Shown here: one piece after another, positions 23,515-36,165 of the stretch | How positions within the stretch are numbered: the first letter of the stretch is position 1 | Layout: each line of letters starts with the position of its first letter | NCBI RefSeq assembly: GCF_006345805.1 | Contig: NW_021834365.1 | Coordinates: 1-49,159 of the forward strand | DNA: 49,159 bases | Reading direction: 5' to 3' | From: Octopus sinensis | Taxonomy: Eukaryota | Program-made: the position numbers and the translations under genes | The notes under the pieces: model-generated | Databases searched by the model: none | What the model saw: only the letters and a program-made list of their open reading frames with translations | What the model was told of the DNA's origin: nothing

Positions 23515-23718
23515 TTAGGTTGGTGCATAATTATTGCGGCTTCCTTTCCATACATTTTATTCAGCAAAAGCAATAACAACATTTAACAAAAACATATTTA
23601 AATGATTATTCCGGAGCATATTCACCATCTACTTCAATTTCTGCCTGGCGCTTTGTTTAAATTTTTTGCTGAATAAAATTTATTGAAAAAAAGCCGCAAT
23701 AATTATGCACCAACCTAA
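23515..23718. mobile_element. Mariner-type MITE (204 bp)
   Basis: TA TSD; perfect 28-bp TIR TTAGGTTGGTGCATAATTATTGCGGCTT, similar to the Hsmar1 TIR TTAGGTTGGTGCAAAAGTAATTGCGG. Confidence 0.9.
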
Positions 23719-23753
23719 TATTTTTGCAAGTTTAAAGTGATTTCTTTTGTGTC

Positions 23754-23857
<104 letters not shown>

Positions 23858-25086
23858 GTGTGTATGTCTGTGTGTCTGTGTCTCTGTGTATATACAGAAT
23901 CGCTGAGCATCGCATAAAATGTCCACAGCATATCAGTATTTAGGAACATTCTGATTTCAAACCCTGCCAAGGTCATTGCTTAACAAAAAAAAAAAAAAAG
24001 AAAGACTAAATATAGGGACAAGAATTTTTTTAGCCACGTCATATATTTTGTCGACCTGTCTGTCGGACCGATAACAAAAGCACTATCAACCCAGGCAGCT
24101 GATAATCAAAGTTGTTTATGAGAAACCAGAAAAGAACCCCCTATTCCTTCTTTTGTTTTGCGATTAATCTTGCTATTGTGTTCTCTATTATAATATGGCA
24201 TATCATTTATTTATCTATTTCAAATATTTAATCGCAAACTTGTTTTTCTCTTCCAAAACTTGTTTGTTTCTGAGCAAAGTCTTTAAACTAACTTTTCGGT
24301 AAACTGTAAACCCATAAAAAAAAAAATGAAATAAAAATAACACAAGTGAAAGAAGACCAAAAGAATAAACAAAACAAAATCACCATTAACAAAAAATGAA
24401 AAGGCAAAAAAAAAGTAAAAAAAGAAAGCAGAAAACGCCCTTCCCAAAATACAAACAGAAGTAATGTTTTCCTGGAGCCGTCGATTTACAAAGGAATCGT
24501 TTGAAATCTTTCGAAATACGTTCCTTCGCAGTCAAGAGAGATTATGGCTGTACAATAGGTTGCTAACAAATTCAGACCAGTCACACAGCTTCTTGAAGTG
24601 TGCCAGTCAAATATAAAGAGGTAAACAGCGTTGTTTCAGCAGTTGATCTAATGAAAACTATAAAAGCTTTGAGGACTTTTCGGGTGTGTTACTGTCCAAA
24701 CATACGCTTTCGAAGAGTTTTGGTTAGAGGATAGGACCTGTACGCTCCTAATTACACACAACCGCGGTGATCAATCTTTACATTATCTCAGATAATTACA
24801 TCCATTTGTTTATTTAATGATATTGTATAACACCATTAAATGCCTTGTTCAGATGATATAATTAACTGGATGTCATTAGATAAGAATTTCTTTCGTGATC
24901 TTTTGATCGTTAAGAAAATCTGTTTAAGAAACGAAAGTAGTATCTAACACTGAGGATTAATGTTTATCGCCATCTGAAGATGGGTGTTCTCGAAGAACAG
25001 ACGATATTGTTATTTTAACCCCAGGAGGATGCTCCCCCATACATTACAAGTAGAAAGAGAAACCCTTACTATTCCAGCTATCGAGA

Positions 25087-25135
25087 CTACCAGACCATGC
25101 GGTTTCGACCTTGTTATAGTCATCCTCGGTGATGG
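25087..25135 (-). ncRNA. Type I hammerhead ribozyme motif (GUC site, U4C variant) in a Penelope-like fragment
   Basis: CAUCA-CCGAGGA-U-GAC-UAUAACAAG-GUC-GAAA-CC-GCAU-GG-UC-UGGU. Confidence 0.6.
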
Positions 25136-25879
25136 ATACTCGCCTGCTAGACATAGCAGTAGTTCACCCTAGCTTGCAATATATATATATATTATTTTCC
25201 ACTCTATGCACAAGGCCCGAAATTTTTGTGGAGGGGCCCAGTTCATTAAATCGACCCCGAAAGGATGCAAGGAATTAAAAGAATATATATTTTGGCTGTT
25301 CCGGCGCCTAAACCAGACGATCCTCGTTTTCGTCTGCTACAATGTATGTCTGCTCTCTTAACATCGTACGTTTATATATATATATATTACACATATAATA
25401 CATATCTAATGTAAAAAAACAAAAGAAGTCTGTAGATTGCGATGGTTAATGAAACAGGAATAGAATTTAATTTAAAATATATTCTTTCTGTGCAGCCCAG
25501 TACCAAATGGTCCACGGTTCTGTGGTTTATTAACCCCTGGTACATATTCTGACCTTTTAATACTTCTCCAGTTTTAATGCTTCCCTACTTCCCCCTCTTT
25601 CCCCTCTTCCTCCCTTCATCTGCCCTTCTCCCCCCCTCTCTCGCTTTAATCACGCTCTGCTTATGTGTGTGAGTTTACAGCGATGAGATCATTAAAAACG
25701 AAGACAGGTACGAAAGGTAAATAAAAAGCTCTCTAAATAACGATTACGGTAATATTGACAACGAAAAATACGCAACACAAACGTTGCAAACAGCTTCAAG
25801 AAGAGTTGACCCAATTCCAGTGTTATACTAATGAAAACTTAAGCGCAGTAATTGCAAGTTATGTGGATTAACAGAGAAT

Positions 25880-26400
25880 CTTGCCCTTCACGATATAGAA
25901 ACCTTTATCGTGGCCCCAGCAGACAAAATGGAAAAGGCTTTTCCCCGGAGGATAGCAAGGTTGAAGGGGTAGAACAGTGACTCTGAATCATAGGGATTGC
26001 CCTTGTGAACAGCAATCTCTGCCTCGATAGCAGTGAGCAGGGATATGGTCTGGGACGGGGGACAAGGACACCGGAGGTCTTGTCTACTGCGGGCTCCTCG
26101 ACTATAAACATGTCGGATAGCCATCGATATCTTGACAGTTGTTTTTCCTCAACCTGACGAATAGTGGAACCTGCGCTGGAAGCTGACAACGCCGAGTTGC
26201 CCCTGGAGAAAGTGCCAGTGCATGTGGCACACCAGGTGAGGGACCTACCGCCACGGAACGGGAAAATTGTCATTACCGTCAGGCCTTTTCCCGCTCCCTC
26301 GGTATAGCCCCGCTGGTTCGAGCTGGGAAAGGAAATCTGCGGGTCTAGGTCATGCTTCATGATGTTGTTAAGGGCAGCGTGGTGTGGAAGGTGCCTGTAC
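25880..26400 (-). mobile_element. CRE-clade non-LTR retrotransposon, restriction-like endonuclease domain remnant
   Basis: HAALNNIMKH..GK.LTVMTIFPFRGGRSLTWCATCTGTF..AVDKTSGVL..KGNPYDSESLF..LAILRGKAFSIL with frameshifts. Confidence 0.75.
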
Positions 26401-26669
26401 TATGATGGCAGGAGAGTGGATGGAGGGGGAAAGAATCTACAGTGGGAGTTTCTTTTTCAGTACATGTATGTGTGTTTGTGTTTGTGTGTTGCTTCCAAAA
26501 GTATTGTCGCCAACGCAGGTTCAATATCCAGTCAAATGTTTCAAATTATCAACATCCAAATAGCCGACATCAGTCAGCTCATTCCGCTAAAAGTCTATCC
26601 TAAATAAATAAACAAACAAAGACCAATTTTCTCGTGAAAAAAAACAACAAAAAAACCCAGTCTACTCAC

Positions 26670-27053
26670 TTTTCTTGACTACCGGTACCCCACACAGGTA
26701 CTTAATTGCCATGAAGCTTGAATATTGAGGGTAGACGCCTTGCTCGCATTTATTCCCAATTAGCCGCCACGTACTTAAATGCGAACATTCTTGCTTCCCA
26801 ATGCAGTGGGAGAAATCATGTTCATTCATAACCGAAACGGTGCAGTCCCCTTCCTTCAGGGTGCAGCAGCCTTCCTTGTAGTTGGCTTCGTTTGTCACCT
26901 TAGGGCAATGTTCACTTTCGGCCTTGGTGGCGAAAATCATCTGGATCACCTTATTTATGACTTTTGGAGACTTGCAATGAAGATGTAATACGTTGTTGTG
27001 AACGCCATAACAAGCGTTGCTTATATGAATACTGTTTCTGATGAAAGAAGAAT
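26670..27053 (-). CDS. SUEL/rhamnose-binding-lectin-like domain exon (10 Cys) of a type I membrane protein
   Basis: 384-nt phase 1-1 exon with ttttcag acceptor and a|gtgagt donor; no stops; ACYG..LHLHC..IQMIFA..C..GCC..DC..HCIGKQEC..KC..FMAIKYLC resembles the SUEL cysteine pattern. Confidence 0.8.
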
Positions 27054-27075
27054 CTGAAAAGAAGAAAGTAGTAAT

Positions 27076-27078
<3 letters not shown>

Positions 27079-27160
<82 letters not shown>

Positions 27161-27303
27161 TAATAATAATAATGATGATGATGATGATGATGATGATGAT
27201 AATAATAATAATAATAATAACATGAGCTTCCAACTTGTTGTCTCTTGAGATCTCTGGGTGAGACTTGGAGCCAACTTGTACAAATGTAAAGCAAAAGTCA
27301 AAC

Positions 27304-27359
<56 letters not shown>

Positions 27360-27365
27360 TAATAA
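27079..27365. repeat. (AAT)n/(GAT)n microsatellite split by a 60-nt unique spacer
   Basis: Visible directly in the sequence. Confidence 0.9.
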
Positions 27366-28332
27366 TGGGTCAATTGGAAAAAGAAACGGAGAGCCTAATT
27401 TTTGCGGCCCAAGATCAAAATAAATAAGTGAAGTGGCATCTCTGAAGCCAGTTGACTTCGCTGAATTTTCGCCCTTCAGGTTGGATTTGTGTTGTGTTTT
27501 ATGAAACCTTACCCAAAAAAACAAAAACAAAAACAAAACAGTCAGAGAAGTGAAAATTAATATTGGAAGAGCCGCCTGAATACTGATTCCCTACCGGAAA
27601 CACAAACCACCACCTCCGCTATCAACACCACAAAAAGAAAAAAAAAAAGACAGAACATGCAAATGCCCCGTGGTTGCTTTTGCTAAAACTGTACACCGAG
27701 AGATTTCTTTATTTGGCACTCGGGCCACTAACATAGAGGGGGACACTACAAGGACAGACACAACACCACAGTGAGGACAATAAACATAAAACGGATGAGA
27801 ATGGATATTATACAATAATGAAGAATGAAATGGTTGCATGGGCCCAAAACTGTACACCGAGAAGATGTTACCATATCGGTGGGTGAATAGAATAGAAAAA
27901 GAAAACCCTCAAAATATTTACTTAAGAAATACGTCGCAACATTGCATTGAACCTCCTCAAGTCCATCCAACAGGAAACATAATTGATCACTACTATTTAC
28001 AGAATCGAAGGAATAAAAGCTAAGGAAATAGAGGAGGCGAAAGAGCGGCAAATAGAGAAGTGCCTCAGACTCATCTGAGGCAACGAGATATGCGTCGTTA
28101 GGGGCCAAAAGTATAGAACGGTAGAGGTGAGGTTTCATGCAAAAGATGAGGCTATAAAGCACTCCACAACGACTCAAAGGATTGACAAACCGACTCTGAT
28201 ATCAATCTACCTTGGGTTCTTAGCAGCATTTTGTCCATCTTTACGTTCTGAGTTCAAATTCATCCAAGATCGACTTTGCCTTTCATCCTTTCGGGGCCGA
28301 TACATTAAAGTACCAGTGAAACACTGTTTTGG

Positions 28333-28470
28333 TGACGTCATTAGAATTCAGAAACTTCAACAATGTGAAATAATTCTTTACTTAGAGGAACGTAAAATAA
28401 TTCTTTAGATTCACCGTTCCTCTAAAGAATTACTTCACGTTCTCGAAGATTCTGAATTTTAATGACGTCA
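28333..28470. repeat. Foldback inverted repeat bounded by TGACGTCA
   Basis: Imperfect arms of about 55 bp; TGACGTCA at 28333-28340 and 28463-28470. Confidence 0.7.
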
Positions 28471-28939
28471 ACAACATACAATTCTCGCTAGTAGCAATAG
28501 GTTTCTGAAAAGGATAAGTCCAAAGGATTTCTTTAGTCCAATGGTAAAGCAATCATCATGTTGTATAGAAAATGTAGGTTCGATTCCCACGGACAGCTTT
28601 TGAATTTTTTCTTACTTAAAGACCTTTGAACCCAGTGTTTACACGATATTTTTTAATAATTTTATTTGCTTCGAGATCCACAATTCCTATTACGCCCTGT
28701 TATTGAAAAGAAAGCGTTATCGTTAAAATGAAAGAAAGAAATTATCATTGAATTTTCTGCCGAACATTAATCCACGCTGATTTTCTGCTCACCAAATTTT
28801 TACTACACTTTTCTGATTATCGATCCTTCACAGTTCAAAACCGGTCGGCAGCAGAGATCACAAATGTGCCATCAGCTGAGTCAATTTAAATAGGACATAC
28901 GGGGCAGGCACTCAAATGCTTGAAATCGAACATATCTTT

Positions 28940-29560
28940 ACTGGGGAGAAAATTGATTAGCGGTGGAGCATTCTGAAGAGGATGATTGGATCAGAATCAA
29001 TGGTATTTAGCGAAGATCCAGCAAGAGACAGAAATAGATGAGAGGGGAATTAGTTAACATTCTAGAAGAGGCGATTAGTAACCGTAATGCAACCGACGAC
29101 GTTCTATAGGTGAGAATGGGCCTTGACCATTACTCCGATAACGAAGCGTAAAGACTGCACTATCAGAGCTAAGATCCCTACGACAAGAGAGAACAAAAGA
29201 TGTCCAATGGCACCAAGTGGTGGAGGCGCGACGTGGCAACCTGCACTTATTTCTTTGCTACCCACAAGGGGCTAAACACAGAGAGGACAAACAAGGGCAC
29301 ACCAACGGATTCAGTCGATTACATCGACCCCAGTGCGTAACTGGTACTTAAGTTAAAGACCTCGAAAGGATGAAAGGCAAAGTCAACCTCGGCGGAATTT
29401 GAACTCAGAACGCAACGGCAGACGAAATACGGCTGCGCATTTCGCCCGGAGTGCTAACGTTTCTGCCAGCTCGCCGCCTTTTGGCAACCTGCACACTATC
29501 AGATCTTTGACAGATAGGGGCAGACGCAAGTGAATTGTTGTGGTCATTGCTTGTCAAACA
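28940..29560 (+). mobile_element. Decayed RTE-like LINE 3' region interrupted by a family B SINE
   Basis: EW..I..NR.TIR..IP....R.P..W....GATW-like remnants; the SINE is flanked by a 13-bp TSD. Confidence 0.45.
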
Positions 29561-30079
29561 CGTTTTTCCCCTGCTCGTCGCTTAAATAGTGCTTCAGTCC
29601 TGGAGCAAGCAAAACCCGAAATAGGGCGCTTGCCGCCTGAAACGTCCTCAAGCGGATTAGTACATCTCTGTACTAGTCCACCGACCAGGACGGTGGTAGT
29701 TCCCTGTTGACGCTCCGTAGAAGTTTAGTAGGATGCAAAAAAGACGATGTCTTCTGGAAAATTCCGGACGCCAAATGAAAGATAACTGGTAGGTTTTTCT
29801 GGAGGAATTTCAGACAGGGGCTAATAGATAATTTCCAGAAATCCTGGTCTAGCAGTGCTAACAGGGAGCATTGCTGGGTTAAGATAAATACTAGGGATAC
29901 AGAAATGACGTCAGCAGTGTGTGTGAGTATGTATGCGCATGCGTGTATGTGTGTATATTACTATCCTTATTATGGCTGTGTAGGGACGGTTGCTTGGTAA
30001 CATGTGGTTCTTAGTTTAGTACCATTGTACTCTGTGGAAGTGCCTTTTACTCTAGCCTTGGGCCGACCAGCACCACACA

Positions 30080-30129
<50 letters not shown>

Positions 30130-30339
30130 TTTGCATGCATGTGTATATGTATTTATGTTTGTTTACTTTTAGAAAACTTGTTTTATTGTCCAAACCTGTT
30201 TGACTAAATAGGAAAAACTAAAAATAATCAAAACTAGAAAAAAAAACAACGCCCCAAATATCCTGATCGAATCCGGCGTCAGACTATGCGCCACCATGGG
30301 TAGCATTGAGTTGGTCATCCCTGCCCATCACCCTTATGC

Positions 30340-30465
30340 ACACTTATATTGCAGACCCAAAAGTGCCGCCTTTACCCTCTCGCTCCTTTAGACACTTATA
30401 CCGCAGGCTCAAAAGTGCCGCCTTGGGCTCTCGCCCCTATAGACACTTATGCTGCAGAGCTAGAT
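30340..30465. repeat. Tandem repeat of about 51 bp, 2.4 copies
   Basis: acacttat..gcag..caaaagtgccgcctt recurs. Confidence 0.7.
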
Positions 30466-31027
30466 GTGGTACCCCAATTAAAGCGTTACCTGGGGTGGAT
30501 CTCCCTCATCACTACTCCTAGTTATGCTACTGAATAGACAGCACTTAACTCTCCATCCATCCATCCACCCGTCCGTTCGTCCTTCCTTCTAGTCACCCTT
30601 CCACCCCAAAATCTAAATCTACCGCTTCCGTTAAGGTAAAGAATTGAAATGAAAGCAGAATTTAGGGATGGAATACAACAGAGGTAACCAAAAAAGGCCG
30701 ACACAGCAGGGGTAAGAGGTAGATGCGGACTAGGCAGACAGAAGAGTGGGGAAGATCTGAGGTAAATGGAAAAGAAACTTCATATTAGAAACCAAAGTGC
30801 AATGACCATAAGAGATTTCTTCTGTGAGTATTCTGTCCTTTTGTAAATCAGGGTTTAGAATTGCCTAATATGGCCTCTTTAGGTAACACAGTGTGATTCG
30901 AAAGAGATTTGGTTGGTGCTCCTTGGTTGTCAAGCGATGGAACAGATCATTAAGGGGATTCCGATTAGTGCTATATTTCTGACTCCAAAGTGTAAACACG
31001 AGGGGGTACATACAAAAATACACACGC

Positions 31028-31081
<54 letters not shown>

Positions 31082-31083
31082 AT

Positions 31084-31120
<37 letters not shown>

Positions 31121-31212
31121 GTATATATGTATATATATGTATATATGTATATATATATATATATATATGTATATGTATATATATGTGTATATATGTATAT
31201 ATATATGATATA

Positions 31213-31253
<41 letters not shown>

Positions 31254-31258
31254 TATAT

Positions 31259-31293
<35 letters not shown>

Positions 31294-31348
31294 GTATATA
31301 TATATGTATATAATATATGTATATATGTATATATATATATATATATGC

Positions 31349-31394
<46 letters not shown>

Positions 31395-31504
31395 TTATTT
31401 ATATAAATAGGATGGGCCAGAATTCATAACCCGTTATATTTAGTAACATATTAATATTTATTAATACGCATATTAAGAGATAAAATAATAAATATAAACA
31501 ATAT

Positions 31505-31937
31505 CCTGGAAGATCCTGGAGGGAAGTGTCCTGAACTTTGGCATCGAGAGTTACGCAAATGCCAGAACTGGGCGCCACTGCGTGGTGCCTAGGACTCCAA
31601 ACCTGCCATCAAGATGTAGGACAAGATTCTGTGATAGCCTGGGCTTCCGAGGCCCACAGCTCTTCAATATCCTCCCGAAGAACCTGAGAGACCTGCATGG
31701 GGTGGATACAGATGTCTTTAAAATGAAGCTGGATCTCTTCCTGTCAGGTGTCCCAGATGAACCAACTTCACGACAGGAGGGGCAGATGAGGGCAGCTGCA
31801 TCGAACTCTCTCATGCACCAAATAGCAGTTGCTAGAAAGCCTCCATGAAGTGAAACCAAGTAGCAACACCAAATCGCGGTGCCCCAGCATGGCCACAGCT
31901 CATAAGCTGAAACTAGAATCAATCAATCAATCAATCA
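31505..31937 (+). mobile_element. 5'-truncated CR1-like LINE with intact 3' ORF end and (AATC)n tail
   Basis: ...RFCDSLGFRGPQLFNILPKNLRDLHGVDTDVFKMKLDLFLSGVPDEP...NSLMHQ*. Confidence 0.85.
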
Positions 31938-32049
31938 ATACAAAAACTATAAAAGAAGCATGTTAAGGAATGAAATAATACAACAATGAAATAAACCTGT
32001 TAAGAAATACAATCAACAAGTGAGTCATGACTCCGCCGTCGGTTTTGAC

Positions 32050-32580
32050 GTACGTGGCTCCGACCACGTACTCTTTCTTTGTCAGCCATAATGCTTATGT
32101 CGAATGTGGCATTTAAGTCCCGCCGACGATTTGCAAAGAAGGCCACAGATGCTGCAAGTTTGAGGATGAGCGGGGGACAGTGCAGGTTGTATATTTACAG
32201 CAGCTTCTCTCCTTTGCTTTGCACCACGAAGCAAGTTAATACTGGTTGCAACAAAATTTTTTAATAGCATTTTGACACAACATTCTCCATTTTGTTCGTT
32301 CCAAGGCTGTTCGCTCAAAGGTGTTGTGAGCTGTCTTCATCTTGAAGAGGTTACCCTTCAGCTTGTCTTTATAGCTGAGCCATGGTCGACCAGCATTCCT
32401 CTGCCCACTCTCAAACTGGCTGTACTTGAGGATTTCGAGTATTCTTTCGTCACTCATTCTGACGACATGGTCAGCCCAGCGCAATTGTGATAGTATAAGG
32501 AAGCTCTCAATTCCACCAATCTTACACTTGCTAAACAAGACGGCATTAGAGACTTTGTCTTTTGGTGCACTTCTTAGGAG
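32050..32580 (-). mobile_element. RTE-clade LINE 3' fragment with C2H2 finger
   Basis: SQLRWADHVVRMSDERI..GQRNAGRP..KDKLK and TCSICGLLCKSSAGLKCHIRHKH, with a frameshift. Confidence 0.8.
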
Positions 32581-32869
32581 ATACTGTGTAATCTATTCTG
32601 CTTAAATATCAAGAAGTTGACTCGAAAAGTACACGAAGACCGCCATAGAAACGAGCAAAAAGATTAGATTAGATTAGAAGGTATTCAATTCTACCCAATG
32701 TCTACGAAGACTGAGATGGAAATAAAAACAGCTGGTCAGGTTAAAAGAAGTTTAAAAAATAGGAACAAAAAAATACTATAAAAAATGATAGAGAAGGTTC
32801 CGATGAGTCTTTAATTCTGAATATTATTATTATTGTTATTATATCTACACAGAGGCCATTCTGTCTATC

Positions 32870-33008
32870 CATCCATCTGTCTATCTATCTATCTATCTAT
32901 CTGTCTATCCATCCATCTGTCTATCTATCTATCTATCTGTCTGTCTGTCTGTCATCTATCTACGGCTGTCATCTATATCTATCTATCTATCTATCTATCT
33001 ATCATCTA

Positions 33009-33050
<42 letters not shown>

Positions 33051-33086
33051 AGTCTGTCTGTCAGTTGTCTGTCTGTCGATCGATCC

Positions 33087-33134
<48 letters not shown>

Positions 33135-33144
33135 GTCTCTCTAT

Positions 33145-33187
<43 letters not shown>

Positions 33188-33233
33188 AACTAGTACTACT
33201 ACTACTACAACTAGTACTACCACCACCACCACC

Positions 33234-33292
<59 letters not shown>

Positions 33293-34330
33293 ATAAGCAG
33301 CAATAACAGAAGGAGGGGCAGCAACAGCAACAACAACAACAACAACAACAAGGACAATGACGACGAGAAACAACATGAATGAATTAAGAAAAAGAAAAAG
33401 CGAAAATAATTCTTGTGTTTTTTTTTCTTCTCGGCGTTAAAAATGCCAACTATTTCGCTTGAGATATTTTCTAATGGCTGCCTGGACCACTCCAGAATGG
33501 ACGGTCGTCTCCTTCACGTTGATGACAACCAGCTTCGTTGAGCTTTTTGACGAGTGTACGGGATCCCAGTCTACAAGTGGAGACACCTGCCTCACAGACT
33601 TCGTTGACACGGTGACCTTGGCAACTCCTTCTTCTTCGTCTTCTACGCACACACGCACACACACACACACACACCACACACACACGTACACGCACACACA
33701 CGCACACACACGCACAACACACACACACACACACACACACGTACACGCACACACACACACACACACGCACACACACACACACACACACGCACACACAGAC
33801 ACAGACACACACGCACACACACACACAGACACGCACACACGTACACGCACACACACGCACACACACGCACACACACACACACACATGAGGCGTTGTGTAT
33901 GAACGGCGATATTAAATCTGTTGCTCGTCGTGGAAAGGTGACATGTTTATTGGTGTTTGAACACAAGATGAAGGAGAGGAAGGAGAAGGAGAGGAAGAAG
34001 GAGAGGAAGAAGAAGGAGGAGAAGAAGAAGAAGGTATAGAAGAAAAAGATGAAGAAGAGGAAGAAGAAGGAGAAGGAGAAGAAGGAGAAGAAGAAAAAGA
34101 AGAAGACGAAGAAGGTGAAGAAGAAGAAGGAGAAGGAGAAGAAGAAGAAGGTGAAGAAGAAGAAGAAAAAGAAGGAGAAGAAAAAGAAGGAGAAGAAGAT
34201 GATGATGATGGCTGAGAGAAAGAGAAAGGCAGAGAGAGAGAGAGAAAGAGAGAGAGGGAGAGGAAGCGAGAGAAAATAACTGATTGGGAAGAAGAAGGAG
34301 GAGAAGGAGAAGAAAAAGAAGGAAGAAGGG
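32870..34330. repeat. Compound microsatellites (TCTA)n/(TCTG)n/(CTA)n/(CA)n/(GAA)n/(GA)n
   Basis: Visible directly; encloses a unique segment at 33430-33645. Confidence 0.9.
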
Positions 34331-36124
34331 AAAAGAAAGAGTAAGAGAAAGACGTGTTAATAAGTTTGCGTGAGTGGAATGTTCGAAGGAGAAGAAATTA
34401 AATGTTCAAATATTTGTGTCGATTTGACGTGAAAATCACTCAATATGTGGCTCTGTGTGTATATGTGTGTGTGTGGACCCCCAAGAGCCACAAAAATCCC
34501 CAAGGGCCTTATAGACCCCGGTTGAGGTCCACTGCTTTAGAACGCCAGAAAAACTGCTTAGTGGCATTTTCTCCGGCTCTTAATTTTCCGAGCTGAAATC
34601 CCACCGAGGCCTTTCCTCATTATTTTCCATTCTTTCTGGGTCGATTAAACAAATTACCAGTCATGTACTGGGGGTTCGATGTAATCGACCTGCTCCCTTC
34701 CCTTTATATTGCTGACCTCGGGCCAAAATAAAAATAAAAATTATCTGCTATTTATATCGTAGCGCTGGATTAATGGCGGAATCCCTTGAGCGTCGGACAA
34801 AAATATACGGCAGCATTTGTCTCCTCTCTACGTTCTGAGATCCGAGTTCAAATACCGTCGAGATCAACTTTGTCAATCATCCCTGGGGCTTCAATAAAAT
34901 TTAAGTAGAAGCCAATTAAATAATGGCGGTCGACTTAATCGATTAGCTCTCACCCCCAGCTTTGCAGATTTTATTATTTGTTGTTTAGGACCAGACAGAT
35001 TATAACACAAGACTGCTTCCTTGAAAACTGGAGTCTGTGTGTTACTTCTTGCAATTAAGAGTGAGCCAGTTGTCTTCTCGTCTGGCTGTTTTGTTATTTA
35101 GCCTATGTTTCAGAAAGCGAACCTAGAACTACATTTACCAATGAGCTCCTTCTTTAATCAGGCAGGTGTTGTGATTTAAGTGTGATTTAACTGCCATTTC
35201 TGGCAGATCATACGATTACATACCTGACCATAATTTCTTTAAAAATCTAGAACTACATTGTTCGATGTATTCTTATTTTATGATGGTATTCTGAGGGTGA
35301 TTTGACTTTTATTTCCAGCAAATCGTGAGACATCGAAGAGGCTGCCTTGTAATACATCCTTCGTTTATTGGGGCAAGTTTACGAAGTCTGCGTTCTCAGA
35401 AGCAGTGCAAGTCTGGCGTGAGATGTTTGGGGTCAAGCTCAGAATTTTAAGGGAGAAGGAAAAGTTGGAATGTTAAGAGCGAATGGAAGCTTGGAATTTT
35501 TAGGGGAAACGAAGACTTAAATATGTTAAAGGAAAAGAAAACGAAGGATTGGAATGTTAAAGGAGAATGAAATTAAATGGGATGGAGAGGGCTTGAGCGT
35601 TAAGGAAGAATGGAAGCTCGAAGTTTTTAAGGGAAATGAAGGCTTGAAGTGTTAAGAGGTTATGCTTAAAAGAAAAAAGAACCAGGGGCGTGCTATATAC
35701 GCTGTGTCTGTGACGGGGTTTCGATTCCTACATAGAACCATTTCACTTCCAGAAACTCGCAACTAGAATATGTTCTAAAGATATTGTTGATATTGTTATT
35801 GTTGTTGTTGTTGTTGTTGTTTAATCGCCAGCAGGAAGACTTATAATGGAAGCCATCCCAGCCTTACAAAGTTTCATGAAAAACGTTGATTCTCATTTCT
35901 AACTATTTTGCGAAACAAAGCCGATACACTTAGATCCGAGCCAGTGAGAAGAGCTCCTCACCTGACCACTCGACCTGCAGTAAATAACAACCAAATCTGC
36001 CCCAAATTCCAGTAAGCCATCTTAAAAAAAAAGCGGGATATATATATATATATAACTTGCACAATAAGGGAAATAGAGTACTGCATGATACACACACATA
36101 TGCACACACACACATACACGCACG

Positions 36125-36165
<41 letters not shown>

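Noticed and set aside
24970-25000. CTGAAGA-T-GGG..CTC-GAAG hammerhead-like string
   Set aside because: GAAG instead of GAAA, and no helix I or III.
27030-27075. CTGATGA...GAAA across the lectin exon acceptor (similar case at 7395-7426)
   Set aside because: No helix I or III; explained by coding and splice-site sequence.
28545-28600. tRNA gene
   Set aside because: Only degenerate A/B-box-like motifs with no cloverleaf; probably a SINE head.
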